Shown one piece after another: positions 1 through 10,128 of a DNA stretch of 64,000 bases. The DNA is from an uncultured Chitinophagales bacterium (lineage in GTDB: Bacteria > Bacteroidota > Bacteroidia > Chitinophagales > UBA8649): positions 44,214 to 108,213 of the forward strand of contig CAWVRT010000001.1 in NCBI GenBank assembly GCA_963932515.1. Direction: 5' to 3'. The first letter of the stretch is position 1. Every line of letters starts with the position of its first letter. The notes under the pieces were generated by a model. That model was not told the DNA's origin, did no database searches, and was given only the letters and a program-made list of their open reading frames with translations. Made by a program: the position numbers and the translations under genes.

Positions 1-1046
1 ATGTCTAAGCAAATTTGTTCTACTTGAGAACCACTTGTAATAATAGAACCCGGAATAAACCCAGTAACACTTACAGAATAAGTGGCAGGTGTAGAAATTC
101 CATTACCAGAAATATTATCGGCATCATCTGGAATGTATTGTGCCGCAGATGTTACTGCAAAAACCGAAGAGGTTCTTATGGTATCCCCAATAATTACATT
201 ACCGCCAATATTCTCGCCATCTATAATATCATAAAAACTTACAGTTTCTTCAAAACAAAGTGTAGAATCATATACAGGATTAAAACTTGGTCTGGGAATA
301 TATCTTACTACCAAATTATGTTCATTCTTAGACAAACAACCTTCTGAATCTTCTACTGTTAATTCTATAGGATAAAAACCAGCATCATCAAGGCCTAGAG
401 AAAAAACTATATTTGTATCTAACAGAGCACCTACTTTCCAAAAGAAATTAGAACTAGCATTTGATTGATTATAATATGTATTATTTTCTGAATAAAGAGC
501 GGATGCCGTTAATGACAACGTATCATTAAAACAAAGATCTATATAAGTTGTATCTACTGGATTTATTGGTGGGTTTGAACTGGCAATTTGTGATATTATA
601 TTTTGACAAGGAGCTAAACAAAATAATTCTATTTCAAAATCTCCTGTAATGGCTGCATCTGAATAAAATTGAAAAGTTAAACAACGAGAAGCATTGCTAA
701 CAGTAGCTCTTATTACTTGATTTAATATAACAGGATTTACGTTATTATAACAATCCATTAATGGCGCAAAATTATCTGTGCCGTCAAAAACACAAACATA
801 ATCTCCATCTCCAAAATTTTCACTATTAAAATCAAAGGCTATTGCTTCGTTTGGAGAACCAGGACAAACCGTAAAGAAAAAACTTTCATTATTTCCATAA
901 CTAGTCCCATTTCCTCCAGAATCATGTAAAACGCCTCCTATAGAGCAATCTAAAACAACTGAATCATTTTGCATTGTATAAACGGTTTGCGCATTTACAC
1001 CAAAAACGCCTAATATTGTGAGAATACTTAAAAATATATTTTTCAT
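1..1046 (-). CDS. Secreted protein, N-terminal part only (gene continues past the left edge); signal peptide plus CUB-like module
   Basis: Minus-strand frame is open from the ATG at 1046-1044 to the window edge. It is absent from the ORF track because no stop lies inside the window. My translation: MKNIFLSILTILGVFGVNAQ / TVYTMQNDSVVLDCSIGGVLHDSGGNGTSYGNNESFFFTVCPGSPNEAIAFDFNSENFGDGDYVCVFDG. This gives a cleavable signal peptide and a CUB-like pattern typical of Bacteroidota surface or T9SS cargo proteins. Confidence 0.6.
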   Translation of the reverse strand, partial: MKNIFLSILTILGVFGVNAQTVYTMQNDSVVLDCSIGGVLHDSGGNGTSYGNNESFFFTVCPGSPNEAIAFDFNSENFGDGDYVCVFDGTDNFAPLMDCYNNVNPVILNQVIRATVSNASRCLTFQFYSDAAITGDFEIELFCLAPCQNIISQIASSNPPINPVDTTYIDLCFNDTLSLTASALYSENNTYYNQSNASSNFFWKVGALLDTNIVFSLGLDDAGFYPIELTVEDSEGCLSKNEHNLVVRYIPRPSFNPVYDSTLCFEETVSFYDIIDGENIGGNVIIGDTIRTSSVFAVTSAAQYIPDDADNISGNGISTPATYSVSVTGFIPGSIITSGSQVEQICLD

Positions 1047-1273
1047 TATAACTCTATTTTTTTTTTGCAAGCTATAAAAATACTAAAATTCAAGTATTTA
1101 CATAGCAGATGAAAGACAATATTAATTAATAATTTAACAATAATAAAGGACAAAATTTTGGATTTGTGGAATTATTTAAGCTAATTAATTATACGCCAAG
1201 CAATTATTCTGCCAAAAGAATAGCTTTAATAAAGAATACTCTTAAAAGTTAGCGGCTCATAAGCAATCAGAAT

Positions 1274-1660
1274 TTAACGCAACCTATCTACTGATCTAAT
1301 TAGTTTTTCGTCAGCGACAACATTTTTTCTTCCTAAAAATAAAAATATTAGAGCTAATGGAAATAAATAAAAAGTCCATTCTAAATAGAATAATTTTATT
1401 GTAAAAATAAAATAAGACATAGTTATAACGACTAGTAAAATAAAAATTGAGCTAGCAACAGACTGAAAATTTCTCTTTTTAAATAAGAAAATTACCCCTA
1501 GCGAGAAAACCGCCACTAAAAAACTTACTATTGCTGGAATAAATGCTTCTGTAATAGACCGTGTAATATTTAAAATATTAGAATTACAAAAAAAAGCATA
1601 CAGCAAAAGAGTTATTGCTGCTAAAAAGAAATAGATAGTTTGTATTCTCTGAATCATCAT
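1274..1660 (-). CDS. Small integral membrane protein, DUF4293-like
   Basis: 128-aa ORF with four hydrophobic helices. The N-terminus MMIQRIQTIYFFLAAI matches the MIQRIQT.. start I associate with DUF4293 proteins of Bacteroidota. Confidence 0.6.
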   Translation of the reverse strand: MMIQRIQTIYFFLAAITLLLYAFFCNSNILNITRSITEAFIPAIVSFLVAVFSLGVIFLFKKRNFQSVASSIFILLVVITMSYFIFTIKLFYLEWTFYLFPLALIFLFLGRKNVVADEKLIRSVDRLR

Positions 1661-1699
1661 ACAAAATTAAAAAAATAAATTGATTTTCTCGATTAGAAT

Positions 1700-1730
1700 C
1701 AAAAAAGCCTCAAAATAAATATTTTGAGGC
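1700..1730 (-). terminator. Rho-independent terminator downstream of tRNA-Arg
   Basis: Perfect 10-bp stem: gcctcaaaat (1707-1716) pairs with attttgaggc (1721-1730), loop aaat. On the minus strand the stem is followed by a run of six T (plus-strand A-run 1701-1706). Confidence 0.55.
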
Positions 1731-1736
1731 TTTTAG

Positions 1737-1810
1737 TGAGCCAGAAAGGATTCGAACCTTTGACCGCCTCCTTAGAAGGGAGGTGCTCTATCCAGCTGAG
1801 CTACTGGCCC
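1737..1810 (-). tRNA. tRNA-Arg, anticodon TCT
   Basis: Reverse complement is GGGCCAGTAGCTCAGCTGGATAGAGCACCTCCCTTCTAAGGAGGCGGTCAAAGGTTCGAATCCTTTCTGGCTCA. It folds as a cloverleaf: 7-bp acceptor stem, GCTC/GAGC D stem, CCTCC/GGAGG anticodon stem with loop CTTCTAA (anticodon TCT), and a GGTTCGAATCC T arm. CCA is not encoded. Confidence 0.9.
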
Positions 1811-1839
1811 AAAAAAGCTTATTTGCTTTTAAAGGATTG

Positions 1840-1847
1840 CAAAGATA
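1840..1847 (-). promoter_or_regulatory. Bacteroidota-type -7 promoter box (TATCTTTG) upstream of tRNA-Arg
   Basis: Plus-strand caaagata equals minus-strand TATCTTTG, matching the TAnnTTTG consensus. It lies about 30 nt upstream of the mature tRNA 5' end. Confidence 0.4.
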
Positions 1848-1883
1848 ATAATTGTTTTTTATAATTTTAAATATTTAGGGAAA

Positions 1884-2129
1884 TTATTTTACTTTTTGTA
1901 GGGTTTGTTTCTTTGATTGTGTTACCGCTCTTTTAGAATCTGAAACTGAAATAAATTTTAAATCACCAGAAGGAATATTTTTTGCAATTCTAGTCACTTT
2001 TATATTTTTTGGGTATGAAATACTTTGTGCCTTTGAAGGACGAACTGAACTTGTAGCTTTTGAGCTTGTTCCACAAGAATTAAAAACGAAACTAGTAATT
2101 ACTATTATTGCTATATATTTTATCATCAT
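1884..2129 (-). CDS. Small lipoprotein, unknown function
   Basis: ORF-track 93-aa frame. I prefer the tandem ATG ATG at 2129/2126, which gives MMIKYIAIIVITSFVFNSCGTSS, a lipoprotein signal with a lipobox Cys. Confidence 0.5.
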   Translation of the reverse strand: MMIKYIAIIVITSFVFNSCGTSSKATSSVRPSKAQSISYPKNIKVTRIAKNIPSGDLKFISVSDSKRAVTQSKKQTLQKVK

Positions 2130-2227
2130 ATTATTTTTGAAACAAAAATACAAAAGCGATGTCATTAAAAGTGTTTTTTACGAATTTCTTCGACTTGAAT
2201 ATCTTTTTTAGCTAAATACTATTCAAA

Positions 2228-2803
2228 TTATACTATTTCATCTAAAACGCTACAAATTCTATCAAAAATTACATTAATAGAACCTTCTCCTTTTAAATGA
2301 GTTAATTTATTTTGTTTTTCATAGAAATTTGCAACAGGTAATGTTTGCTCGTTATAAACAGAAATTCTATTTTGAATAATTTTAGTATCTTGATCGTCTG
2401 CTCTTCCAGAATCTTTTCCTCTGTTCAATAATCTAGCAATTAATTCTTTTTCAGAAACATCTAATTGAATCATTCTACTTACTGGTTTTTTCTTTTCGTT
2501 TAAAAAAACATCCAAAGCTTCTGCTTGTGCTACTGTTCTTGGGAACCCATCAAAAATAATTCCATTAACATTTGGGTTTTCATTAATTACGGCATTCATC
2601 ATTCCTATAGTAACCTCATCTGGAACTAAGTTTCCTTTTACGATAAAAGCTTTCGCTTTTAGACCCATTTCAGTTTCGTTTTTAATCGCATTTCTGAATA
2701 AGTCCCCTGTTGATATGTGTAATAAGTCATATTTTTCGGCAATTTTAACCGCTTGAGTACCTTTTCCACTACCTGGAGGACCAAAAAGAACAATATTTAT
2801 CAT
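2228..2803 (-). CDS. adk: Adenylate kinase
   Basis: 191 aa. P-loop GPPGSGKGTQ, then ISTGDLFR and a short lid, a typical Adk layout. Confidence 0.95.
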   Translation of the reverse strand: MINIVLFGPPGSGKGTQAVKIAEKYDLLHISTGDLFRNAIKNETEMGLKAKAFIVKGNLVPDEVTIGMMNAVINENPNVNGIIFDGFPRTVAQAEALDVFLNEKKKPVSRMIQLDVSEKELIARLLNRGKDSGRADDQDTKIIQNRISVYNEQTLPVANFYEKQNKLTHLKGEGSINVIFDRICSVLDEIV

Positions 2804-2887
2804 TTTAATATTTTTAATAAGTTACAAAGGTATTATTATTATTACTTTATTTTTTGTGATAGGCTTTACTTTATAAACACTAAATAG

Positions 2888-3652
2888 TTAATCTAGAAAT
2901 TTGTTTACCAATTCATAAAAGATAGTCGGTTGTTCTGCATGCAACCAATGTCCAGCCTTTTCGATGGTCTCAAATTCGGCATTTGGAAATATTTTTTCTA
3001 TTTTAGGGAAGTATTCGTCTAAAATATAATTAGAATTGGCTCCTTTTATAAAAAGTGTTTTCCCATCAAAAACAGTGTCTAAATCGTCAAAAGTGTCTAT
3101 TATCGCATTATACGAATCCCAGAGATCTTTTAAATTAAACTTCCAAACAAAATTTCTATCCTGATCTCTTGTAAGACCTTTTAATAAGAATTGTCTAATT
3201 CCAAATTCTTTGATATAGCCTTCCAGCTGAGTTTCGACTTCTTTTCTAGATTTAATTTTTACTAAATCAACACTAAACAATGCATCAAAAATAATTTTAT
3301 GCCCGCCGCTATATTTAATTGGAGCAATATCTGCAATAATTAATTTCTGAACTCTATCTGGATGATCAACTGCAAATGTCATGGCTGTTTTCCCACCCAT
3401 ACTATGTCCAATAATATTGGCAGAATGGATATGGTTATCGTCCATGAATTCTAATAAATCTTCAGAAAGTACTTGGTAATTAAATTCTTTGGCATGTGGA
3501 GATTTACCATGATTTCTTTGGTCTACAATAAAAACGGTGTAGTTTTCTGCAAACTTTTTAGCTAAAGTTGACCAATTATCTAAAGAACCCAATAAACCAT
3601 GTAAAATGATTAAAGGTTCTCCTTGTCCGTGTGTTTTGAAGTTTAGTTTCAT
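2888..3652 (-). CDS. Alpha/beta-fold hydrolase (esterase-like)
   Basis: 254 aa. HGLLGS oxyanion region, nucleophile elbow GHSMGG, and a C-terminal GHWLHAE histidine motif. Confidence 0.85.
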   Translation of the reverse strand: MKLNFKTHGQGEPLIILHGLLGSLDNWSTLAKKFAENYTVFIVDQRNHGKSPHAKEFNYQVLSEDLLEFMDDNHIHSANIIGHSMGGKTAMTFAVDHPDRVQKLIIADIAPIKYSGGHKIIFDALFSVDLVKIKSRKEVETQLEGYIKEFGIRQFLLKGLTRDQDRNFVWKFNLKDLWDSYNAIIDTFDDLDTVFDGKTLFIKGANSNYILDEYFPKIEKIFPNAEFETIEKAGHWLHAEQPTIFYELVNKFLD

Positions 3653-3868
3653 TTGCGATGCGCAATTTAAGTCAAAATTACAATATACAAGTCCTATAAA
3701 TTTGATTTAACAAATTTAAAAAAATGTAACACATATAATTATTGTAAGCAATTCTATATTTAGATTTTAACGACCTTTGCCATCCCTAGCATTTTACCTT
3801 CTTTTCTAACTAGATTATCTTCTTTAATAATGAAATGGAAACATTTCTGCTTTTGTTTCAAGAACTAA

Positions 3869-5662
3869 TTAATCATCTAATTTCAAAACGGCTAAAAATG
3901 CTTTTTGAGGAACTTCTACTTTACCAAACTGACGCATTTTCTTCTTTCCTTTCTTTTGCTTTTCTAATAACTTACGTTTTCTAGAAATATCACCACCATA
4001 ACATTTGGCTGTAACATCTTTACGCATAGCAGAAATTGTTTCTCTCGAAATAATTTTCATGCCAATAGCTGCTTGAATAGCAATAACAAATTGTTGTCTA
4101 GGGATTAACTCTCTTAATTTTTTACATAACCTAGAACCAAAGCTATAAGCTTTTTCTCTATGTATCATTGTAGAGAATGCGTCTACATTATCTCCATTCA
4201 ATTTAATATCTAAACGTACCAAATCTCCTTTTTTGAAATCTGTCATATGATAATCAAAAGAAGCATATCCTTTAGATATAGACTTTAATTTATCATAAAA
4301 ATCAAATACAATTTCTGCCATTGGCATTTCAAAAGATAATTCAACTCTTGAAGTAGACAAATAAACTTGATTGGTTAAAATTCCTCTTTTTTCCATACAT
4401 AAGTTCATTATAGAGCCAATAAAATCTGGCTTTGTAATTACTTGTGCTCTTATGTAAGGTTCTTCAATTCTATCGATAGATGATACATCTGGCAAATCAG
4501 CTGGATTATGAATTGTTAATTTCTTTCCACCATTTGTATAACAGTTATATGTAACCTGTGGTGTAGTAATAATAATTCCTAAATCATACTCTCTTTCTAG
4601 TCTTTCCTGAATAATTTCTAAGTGTAACATTCCTAAAAATCCACATCTAAAACCAAATCCTAAAGCAATAGATGTTTCTGGTTCATAAACCAATGAAGCA
4701 TCATTTAACTGCAATTTTTCTAATGAATCTCTTAAATCTTCATAATCATCAGAATCTATTGGGTAAATACCTGCAAAAACCATTGGTTTTACATCTTCAA
4801 AACCTTGAATTGCCTCTTGACAAGGGTTTTCATTTAAGGTAATAGTATCTCCTACTTTTATTTCTTTAGATTCTTTTACTCCGGTTATGATATAACCAAC
4901 ATCTCCAATTGACAAAGAGTCCATAGGTTTAGGTGTCAATTCTAAAACACCTACTTCATCAGCAATATAAGTTCCTCCTGTATTGAAAAATTTTACTTTA
5001 TCTTTTTTCTTTAATGTTCCATTAAAAATTCTAAAGTAAGCAATAACTCCTCTATAAGAATTAAAAACAGAATCAAAAATCATAGCTTGTAGCGGTGCAT
5101 CTTTATCACCACTGGGTGCAGGAATCCTTTCTACTATTGCATCTAAAATTGTTTCTACTCCTTGGCCCGTTTTACCACTGGCTTCTAGAATCTCCCTTCT
5201 ATCACAACCAATTAAATCCATAATTTGGTCTGCCACTTCTTCTATCATAGCACCAGGCATATCTATTTTATTGATAACTGGTAATATTTCTAAATCGTTA
5301 TCTAAAGCTAAATATAAATTTGAAATTGTTTGTGCTTGAATACCTTGGGCCGCATCGACAATCAATAACACGCCCTCACAAGCAGCAATAGACCTTGAAA
5401 CTTCATAAGAGAAATCGACATGACCTGGCGTATCTATTAAATTTAAGATGTAGTCTTCATTATCGGTATGCTTATAATGCATTTGAATAGCATGACTTTT
5501 TATCGTAATCCCTCTCTCTCTTTCGATGTCCATATCATCTAAGATCTGAGCTTGTTCTTCCCTTTGAGAAACAGTCCCTGTAATTCCTAATAACCTATCA
5601 GCCAATGTACTTTTACCGTGATCAATATGGGCTATTATACAAAAATTTCTTATCTTCTTCAT
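3869..5662 (-). CDS. lepA: Translation elongation factor 4 (LepA)
   Basis: 597 aa. [23 protein letters not shown]1 motif, [12 protein letters not shown], and the LepA-specific C-terminal domain. Confidence 0.95.
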   Translation of the reverse strand: MKKIRNFCIIAHIDHGKSTLADRLLGITGTVSQREEQAQILDDMDIERERGITIKSHAIQMHYKHTDNEDYILNLIDTPGHVDFSYEVSRSIAACEGVLLIVDAAQGIQAQTISNLYLALDNDLEILPVINKIDMPGAMIEEVADQIMDLIGCDRREILEASGKTGQGVETILDAIVERIPAPSGDKDAPLQAMIFDSVFNSYRGVIAYFRIFNGTLKKKDKVKFFNTGGTYIADEVGVLELTPKPMDSLSIGDVGYIITGVKESKEIKVGDTITLNENPCQEAIQGFEDVKPMVFAGIYPIDSDDYEDLRDSLEKLQLNDASLVYEPETSIALGFGFRCGFLGMLHLEIIQERLEREYDLGIIITTPQVTYNCYTNGGKKLTIHNPADLPDVSSIDRIEEPYIRAQVITKPDFIGSIMNLCMEKRGILTNQVYLSTSRVELSFEMPMAEIVFDFYDKLKSISKGYASFDYHMTDFKKGDLVRLDIKLNGDNVDAFSTMIHREKAYSFGSRLCKKLRELIPRQQFVIAIQAAIGMKIISRETISAMRKDVTAKCYGGDISRKRKLLEKQKKGKKKMRQFGKVEVPQKAFLAVLKLDD

Positions 5663-5691
5663 TGGTTATATAAATATTAATATTTTTTCAT

Positions 5692-5721
5692 AAAAAAAGC
5701 ATACTGTACTAGAAGTATGCT
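5692..5721 (-). terminator. Intrinsic terminator or attenuator hairpin 30 nt upstream of the lepA ATG
   Basis: Minus strand reads AGCATACT-TCTAGTAC-AGTATGCT: an 8-bp stem and 8-nt loop, followed directly by TTTTTTT (plus-strand A-run 5692-5698). Confidence 0.55.
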
Positions 5722-5904
5722 CCCTTTATTACACTTTTATTGTGTTTATTTTTTCTATTCTGTCCAAGTTCCACTTCTAACTTCACTCATACTCTTTAGT
5801 GTCTTCCAAAGATTTTATATTTCTTATAAAAAACAAGCCTATAAACCCCCAGATATTGCTATCTTAATTTTTAGATTGAGTTAAGGTTTATTTAAAAATT
5901 AGTA

Positions 5905-5912
5905 CAAATTTA
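5905..5912 (-). promoter_or_regulatory. Orphan -7 promoter box (TAAATTTG) in the batA-lepA spacer
   Basis: Plus-strand caaattta equals minus-strand TAAATTTG, an exact TAnnTTTG match. No ORF of 60 aa or more lies between it and the terminator at 5692-5721. Confidence 0.35.
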
Positions 5913-6074
5913 GGTATTTTTTTAGAATAAAAAAACAAATTAGCTTATTCAAGAACAACTCAATAGTACTCTTTAATTTGATAAATTATCTAACGCTACA
6001 TAATTAAACTGATTATTAAGGAAAATGGATTTATAATCAATGATATAGAACTCCTTAAAATTCAAGTGTACATT

Positions 6075-7094
6075 TTAAGGATAAGACCTTACTAATAAAT
6101 ATCTAAAAAGCATTTCTAGTAAGACTAAGGCTAAGGCAAAAAATGCAAATGGATAAAATTCTTCTGTTTTTCTAATAGTTTGAGACGAAATAATTTCTGT
6201 TTTTTCCAATTTATCTATTTCTTCATAAATTTCTTTTAACGACTTATTTCCTGTTGCTCTAAAATATTTCCCCCCAGTTGCGCTTGCTACTTCTTTCAAA
6301 AGTTTTTCATCTATTTCTCCTTTAGCGTAACCATATTGAAATTGTCCGTTGGTTTTCATACTAATCGGCATCAATGCTTGTCCTTCTGAACCTATTCCTA
6401 TTGTGTAAACTTTTATATTAAATTGATTGGCTGTTTCTGTTGCCAATATAGGATCTATTAAGCCTGCGTTGTTTACACCATCAGTCATTAAAACAATGAC
6501 TTTACTTTCGGATTTACTATCTTTTAGTCTATTTACGCCTGTAGCTATTCCCATACCAATGGCCGTTCCTTGACTTAAAAAACCGTATTTAACTTTTGCC
6601 AATTGGTCTTTTACAATCATATGATCTGTAGTAACAGGAACTTGCGTAAAACTTTCTCCTGAAAAAATAACCAGACCAAGTCTATCGTTTTGTCTAGCAT
6701 CTACAAATTCAGATGCTACCTTTTTAGCAGCTTCTAATCTATTTGGCTTAAAATCTTTGGCGAGCATTGAAGCTGAAACATCTAGTGATAAAACTATGTC
6801 TATCCCATAAGAAGTAATTTTTTCGTCACTGTCTGTAGTTTGAGGTCTTGCTATAGCAATAATTAATGCGACCATAGCTAATACTCTAAAAATCGTCAGA
6901 AGTATTTTCAATTTTCCTCTAAAAGAACTCTTCCCTTTAAAAGCTGCTAGTGAAGGCATTTTTATTGTAGCATATTCTTTTTTTCTATTGAAAAACCACC
7001 ATAAAATCATCGACAATACAATAAATGGAATTGCCCATAAATACTCTGGGTTAGCGAACTTAAACGAAAGAAATTTATTCATGAGTGGAGTCAT
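6075..7094 (-). CDS. batA: BatA-type von Willebrand factor A (VWA) membrane protein
   Basis: 339 aa. Two N-terminal TM helices, VWA MIDAS motif DIVLSLDVSASM, later LMTDGVNN, and a C-terminal TM helix. It is the last gene of the moxR-DUF58 operon. Confidence 0.8.
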   Translation of the reverse strand: MTPLMNKFLSFKFANPEYLWAIPFIVLSMILWWFFNRKKEYATIKMPSLAAFKGKSSFRGKLKILLTIFRVLAMVALIIAIARPQTTDSDEKITSYGIDIVLSLDVSASMLAKDFKPNRLEAAKKVASEFVDARQNDRLGLVIFSGESFTQVPVTTDHMIVKDQLAKVKYGFLSQGTAIGMGIATGVNRLKDSKSESKVIVLMTDGVNNAGLIDPILATETANQFNIKVYTIGIGSEGQALMPISMKTNGQFQYGYAKGEIDEKLLKEVASATGGKYFRATGNKSLKEIYEEIDKLEKTEIISSQTIRKTEEFYPFAFFALALVLLEMLFRYLLVRSYP

Positions 7095-8052
7095 TTTTTT
7101 CGTTAGTCGTTTGTTCTTCTTCTTTTGGTTTTGTATGAGCTACAAAGTCTTGGGCAATTTTCATCATTCGCATATTTTCATCTCCTAAGGGCTGAAATTT
7201 TGCAAACTTAGCCAAGTCACATTGCTGTAAAACTTCTTTTAGTTTTTTACTTAGCGTCTTGTTTTCTCCAAAAATTAGTAATTCTTCAACAATCTCGTCT
7301 GTAGTACTTTCCATGGCATTAAAGTCAAATCTTCCTTCCATATAAGATCTTAATACTTCAGAGATTTCTAAATAATACTCTTTAATATGACCACTTTGCC
7401 ACAATTTCTGTTGATCTATTTCCTTTAACTTATTAATAGCTTCTTGATGATAATCTAAAGTAGTTTTAGGTTTTATATATTTAGGTTTATCTCTGTTTTT
7501 ATACCTGTAACCCAAGTAGAAAAATAATGCAATTAAAGCAATCAGTCCTAACACATAAGGGAAATACTTTTTAACGACTTCTTTGAAAGGGTAAGGAATA
7601 CTCTTTGGTGCTTTAATTGGATTAAAAGCTTTTGACGTATCAACGGCAATCGTTTTTACAAAAACACTAACCGGGTCAAAACTTTTTAAAGTATCTATTG
7701 ATTCATTTTCATTTTGGACAATAACTGAAAATCCAGCTACTTGATAAGCTCCAGGATAATAAATACTTAAATCCCACTTTTTTACCAATTTATTCTCTAT
7801 AGTATCTATTGGATAATCTTCTATTATTTCTATTTTCCCGTTTCCTATTGTATCGGTAAAACTTGGAAAAAACACATTCGATTTACCAAAATTTTCGACA
7901 GCCATTTCTAATGAATATATATCTCCAATTAGGATAGAATCAGCATTTACGGAAACATTTAAGCTTTGTGAAAAAGCCATAAATGGAAACAATAACAATA
8001 GAAGAAAAACGCCTAATTCTTTGAATCGATATGTAGCATTAATATTGTTCAT
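7075..8052 (-). CDS. Bat-operon membrane protein (BatD-like N-terminal domain, TM helix, DUF4381-like C-terminal half)
   Basis: 325 aa. Signal peptide, central TM helix (YFPYVLGLIALIALFFYLGY), and a helical tail. Overlaps both neighbours, by 1 nt with DUF58 and 20 nt with batA, which suggests translational coupling. Confidence 0.6.
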   Translation of the reverse strand: MNNINATYRFKELGVFLLLLLFPFMAFSQSLNVSVNADSILIGDIYSLEMAVENFGKSNVFFPSFTDTIGNGKIEIIEDYPIDTIENKLVKKWDLSIYYPGAYQVAGFSVIVQNENESIDTLKSFDPVSVFVKTIAVDTSKAFNPIKAPKSIPYPFKEVVKKYFPYVLGLIALIALFFYLGYRYKNRDKPKYIKPKTTLDYHQEAINKLKEIDQQKLWQSGHIKEYYLEISEVLRSYMEGRFDFNAMESTTDEIVEELLIFGENKTLSKKLKEVLQQCDLAKFAKFQPLGDENMRMMKIAQDFVAHTKPKEEEQTTNEKNDSTHE

Positions 8053-8933
8053 TATCTTCTACTTCCTCTCATTTTAAATAGATTCATTAATGCTACCGTA
8101 TAATTGGTTTCTGTATCTATACTCAAAAAGTCTGCTCCTCTCTTGTGAAAAGTTTTTTTAGTCTCTTGTAGTTGATTTTCGAAATAATTCTTGTAATTTT
8201 CTCTAACAGATTTACTTGAAGTGTCTACCCAAAGGCTTTCTCCTGTTTCACTATCTACCATTTTTGCTAATCCAATATTGGCTAATTCATTTTCTCTTTT
8301 ATCGAAAAGGTGTAAACCAATTAAATCGTGTTTTTTCTTAGAGATAGTTAAAGCATTTTCATAGTCTTCTTTTTTGTCCATAAAATCTGACATTAAAAAA
8401 GCAATACTTCTACGCTTCATTATATTATTGAAATATTTCAAGGCAACGCCAATACTTGTTCCATTTTCAGAAGGTTTTACTTCTATCAATTCTCTTATTA
8501 TTCTTAAAATATGAGACTTCCCTTTTTTTGGTGGAATATATTTTTCTACTTTATTACTAAAGAAAATTACGCCTACTTTATCATTGTTTTGAATAGCTGA
8601 AAAAGATAAAACTGCTGCTATTTCTGTAATAATTTCATTTTTGAATTGATTTTGTGTGCCAAAAAAAGAAGATTTTGAAATGTCTATTAATAGCATCATG
8701 GTTATCTCTCTTTCCTCTTCAAAAACTTTGATAAATGGTTCACCATATCTAGCGGTTACATTCCAATCAATATTTCTTACATCATCGCCATAAGTATAGT
8801 TTCTTACTTCACTAAAAGACATTCCTCTACCTTTAAAAGCAGAATGATAAGATCCTGCAAATACTTGATTGCTCAAACCTTTCGTTTTGATTTCAATCTT
8901 ACGTACTTTTTTTATTAATTCTGAGGTTTCCAT
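8052..8933 (-). CDS. DUF58 family protein (MoxR-associated)
   Basis: 293 aa. Has the DVRNIDWNVTAR motif typical of DUF58 and sits directly downstream of the MoxR ATPase. Confidence 0.8.
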   Translation of the reverse strand: METSELIKKVRKIEIKTKGLSNQVFAGSYHSAFKGRGMSFSEVRNYTYGDDVRNIDWNVTARYGEPFIKVFEEEREITMMLLIDISKSSFFGTQNQFKNEIITEIAAVLSFSAIQNNDKVGVIFFSNKVEKYIPPKKGKSHILRIIRELIEVKPSENGTSIGVALKYFNNIMKRRSIAFLMSDFMDKKEDYENALTISKKKHDLIGLHLFDKRENELANIGLAKMVDSETGESLWVDTSSKSVRENYKNYFENQLQETKKTFHKRGADFLSIDTETNYTVALMNLFKMRGSRR

Positions 8934-9027
8934 ATTTTGATTTAGATATTAGATGATTAGATAATAGACATTAAAGGCCTTATGCAAAACCAATCTAATT
9001 TCTAATATCTATTTTCTTTTATCTGGA

Positions 9028-10026
9028 TTAAGGTATCTCTACTGTATTCAATAATTCGCTAATAATTTCTTCTGTAGTTACATTTTCTGCTTCTGCTTCA
9101 TAAGTTAAACCAATTCTATGACGCATTACATCATAAGCAACGGCTCTTACATCTTCAGGAATTACATAAGCTCTTTTTTTCAAGAATGCGTGAGATTTTG
9201 CAGCTAATGCTAAATTAATACTTGCTCTTGGCGAACCGCCATAACTTATTAAATGTTGCATTTTGTCAAAACCATTTTCTTTTGGATATCTAGTGGCAAA
9301 AACTAAATCTAAAATGTATTGCTCAATTTTTTCGTCCATATATACTTTACGAACCAATCCTCTAGCTTTTATTATTTGGCTTTTATCTACTACTTGATTT
9401 ATTTTTGGCTTTTCCATGTCCATGTTCATTCTAATTATCTGTCTTTCCTCTTCTTTTTTAGGATAGTCGATATTTACTTTTATCATGAAACGATCTATCT
9501 GTGCTTCTGGCAAAGGATAAGTTCCTTCTTGCTCAATAGGATTCTGTGTAGCCATTACCAAAAATGGTTCTTCTAGTTTATAAGTTTCTTTACCAATAGT
9601 TACTTGCTTTTCTTGCATGGCTTCTAAAAGTGCTGATTGTACTTTTGCCGGTGCTCTGTTTATCTCATCTGCTAATACAAAGTTTGAGAAAATTGGCCCT
9701 TTACGAACTTCAAAATCTCCTGCTTTCTGATTATAAATCATTGTACCTAAAATATCTGCAGGTAATAAATCTGGCGTAAACTGAATTCTATTAAAGTCAG
9801 CATTTATAGCAGAAGATAAAGACTTAATTGCCAATGTTTTTGCTAAACCTGGAACCCCTTCCAAAAGAATGTGCCCATTAGCTAATATGGCTAACATCAA
9901 TCTTTCCATCATATACTTTTGACCAGAAATTACTTTGCCGGTTTCCATATAAATTAAATCTAAGAAAGCACTTTCTCTTTCTATGATTTCACTTAATTCT
10001 TTAATATCTGTTGCAGTGTGTTCCAT
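9028..10026 (-). CDS. MoxR-family AAA+ ATPase
   Basis: 332 aa. Walker A GVPGLAKT, Walker B LADEINRA, and MoxR-like length and C-terminal lid. Confidence 0.9.
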   Translation of the reverse strand: MEHTATDIKELSEIIERESAFLDLIYMETGKVISGQKYMMERLMLAILANGHILLEGVPGLAKTLAIKSLSSAINADFNRIQFTPDLLPADILGTMIYNQKAGDFEVRKGPIFSNFVLADEINRAPAKVQSALLEAMQEKQVTIGKETYKLEEPFLVMATQNPIEQEGTYPLPEAQIDRFMIKVNIDYPKKEEERQIIRMNMDMEKPKINQVVDKSQIIKARGLVRKVYMDEKIEQYILDLVFATRYPKENGFDKMQHLISYGGSPRASINLALAAKSHAFLKKRAYVIPEDVRAVAYDVMRHRIGLTYEAEAENVTTEEIISELLNTVEIP

Positions 10027-10128
10027 TAAATTGCTATTTTTTTTAGTTACGCAAATTTATACGTAAGTGAATTAATTCACGGTTAATTTCTGTTAAAAGA
10101 AAGGCCTATTCCTTAAAAAAAAGTTAAA

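Noticed and set aside
15-347. 110-aa plus-strand ORF at the left edge
   Set aside because: It lies antisense to the open minus-strand frame (1-1046), which has a clear signal peptide and CUB-like sequence. Its translation is low-complexity (R/N/I/Y-rich), typical of a shadow ORF in AT-rich DNA.
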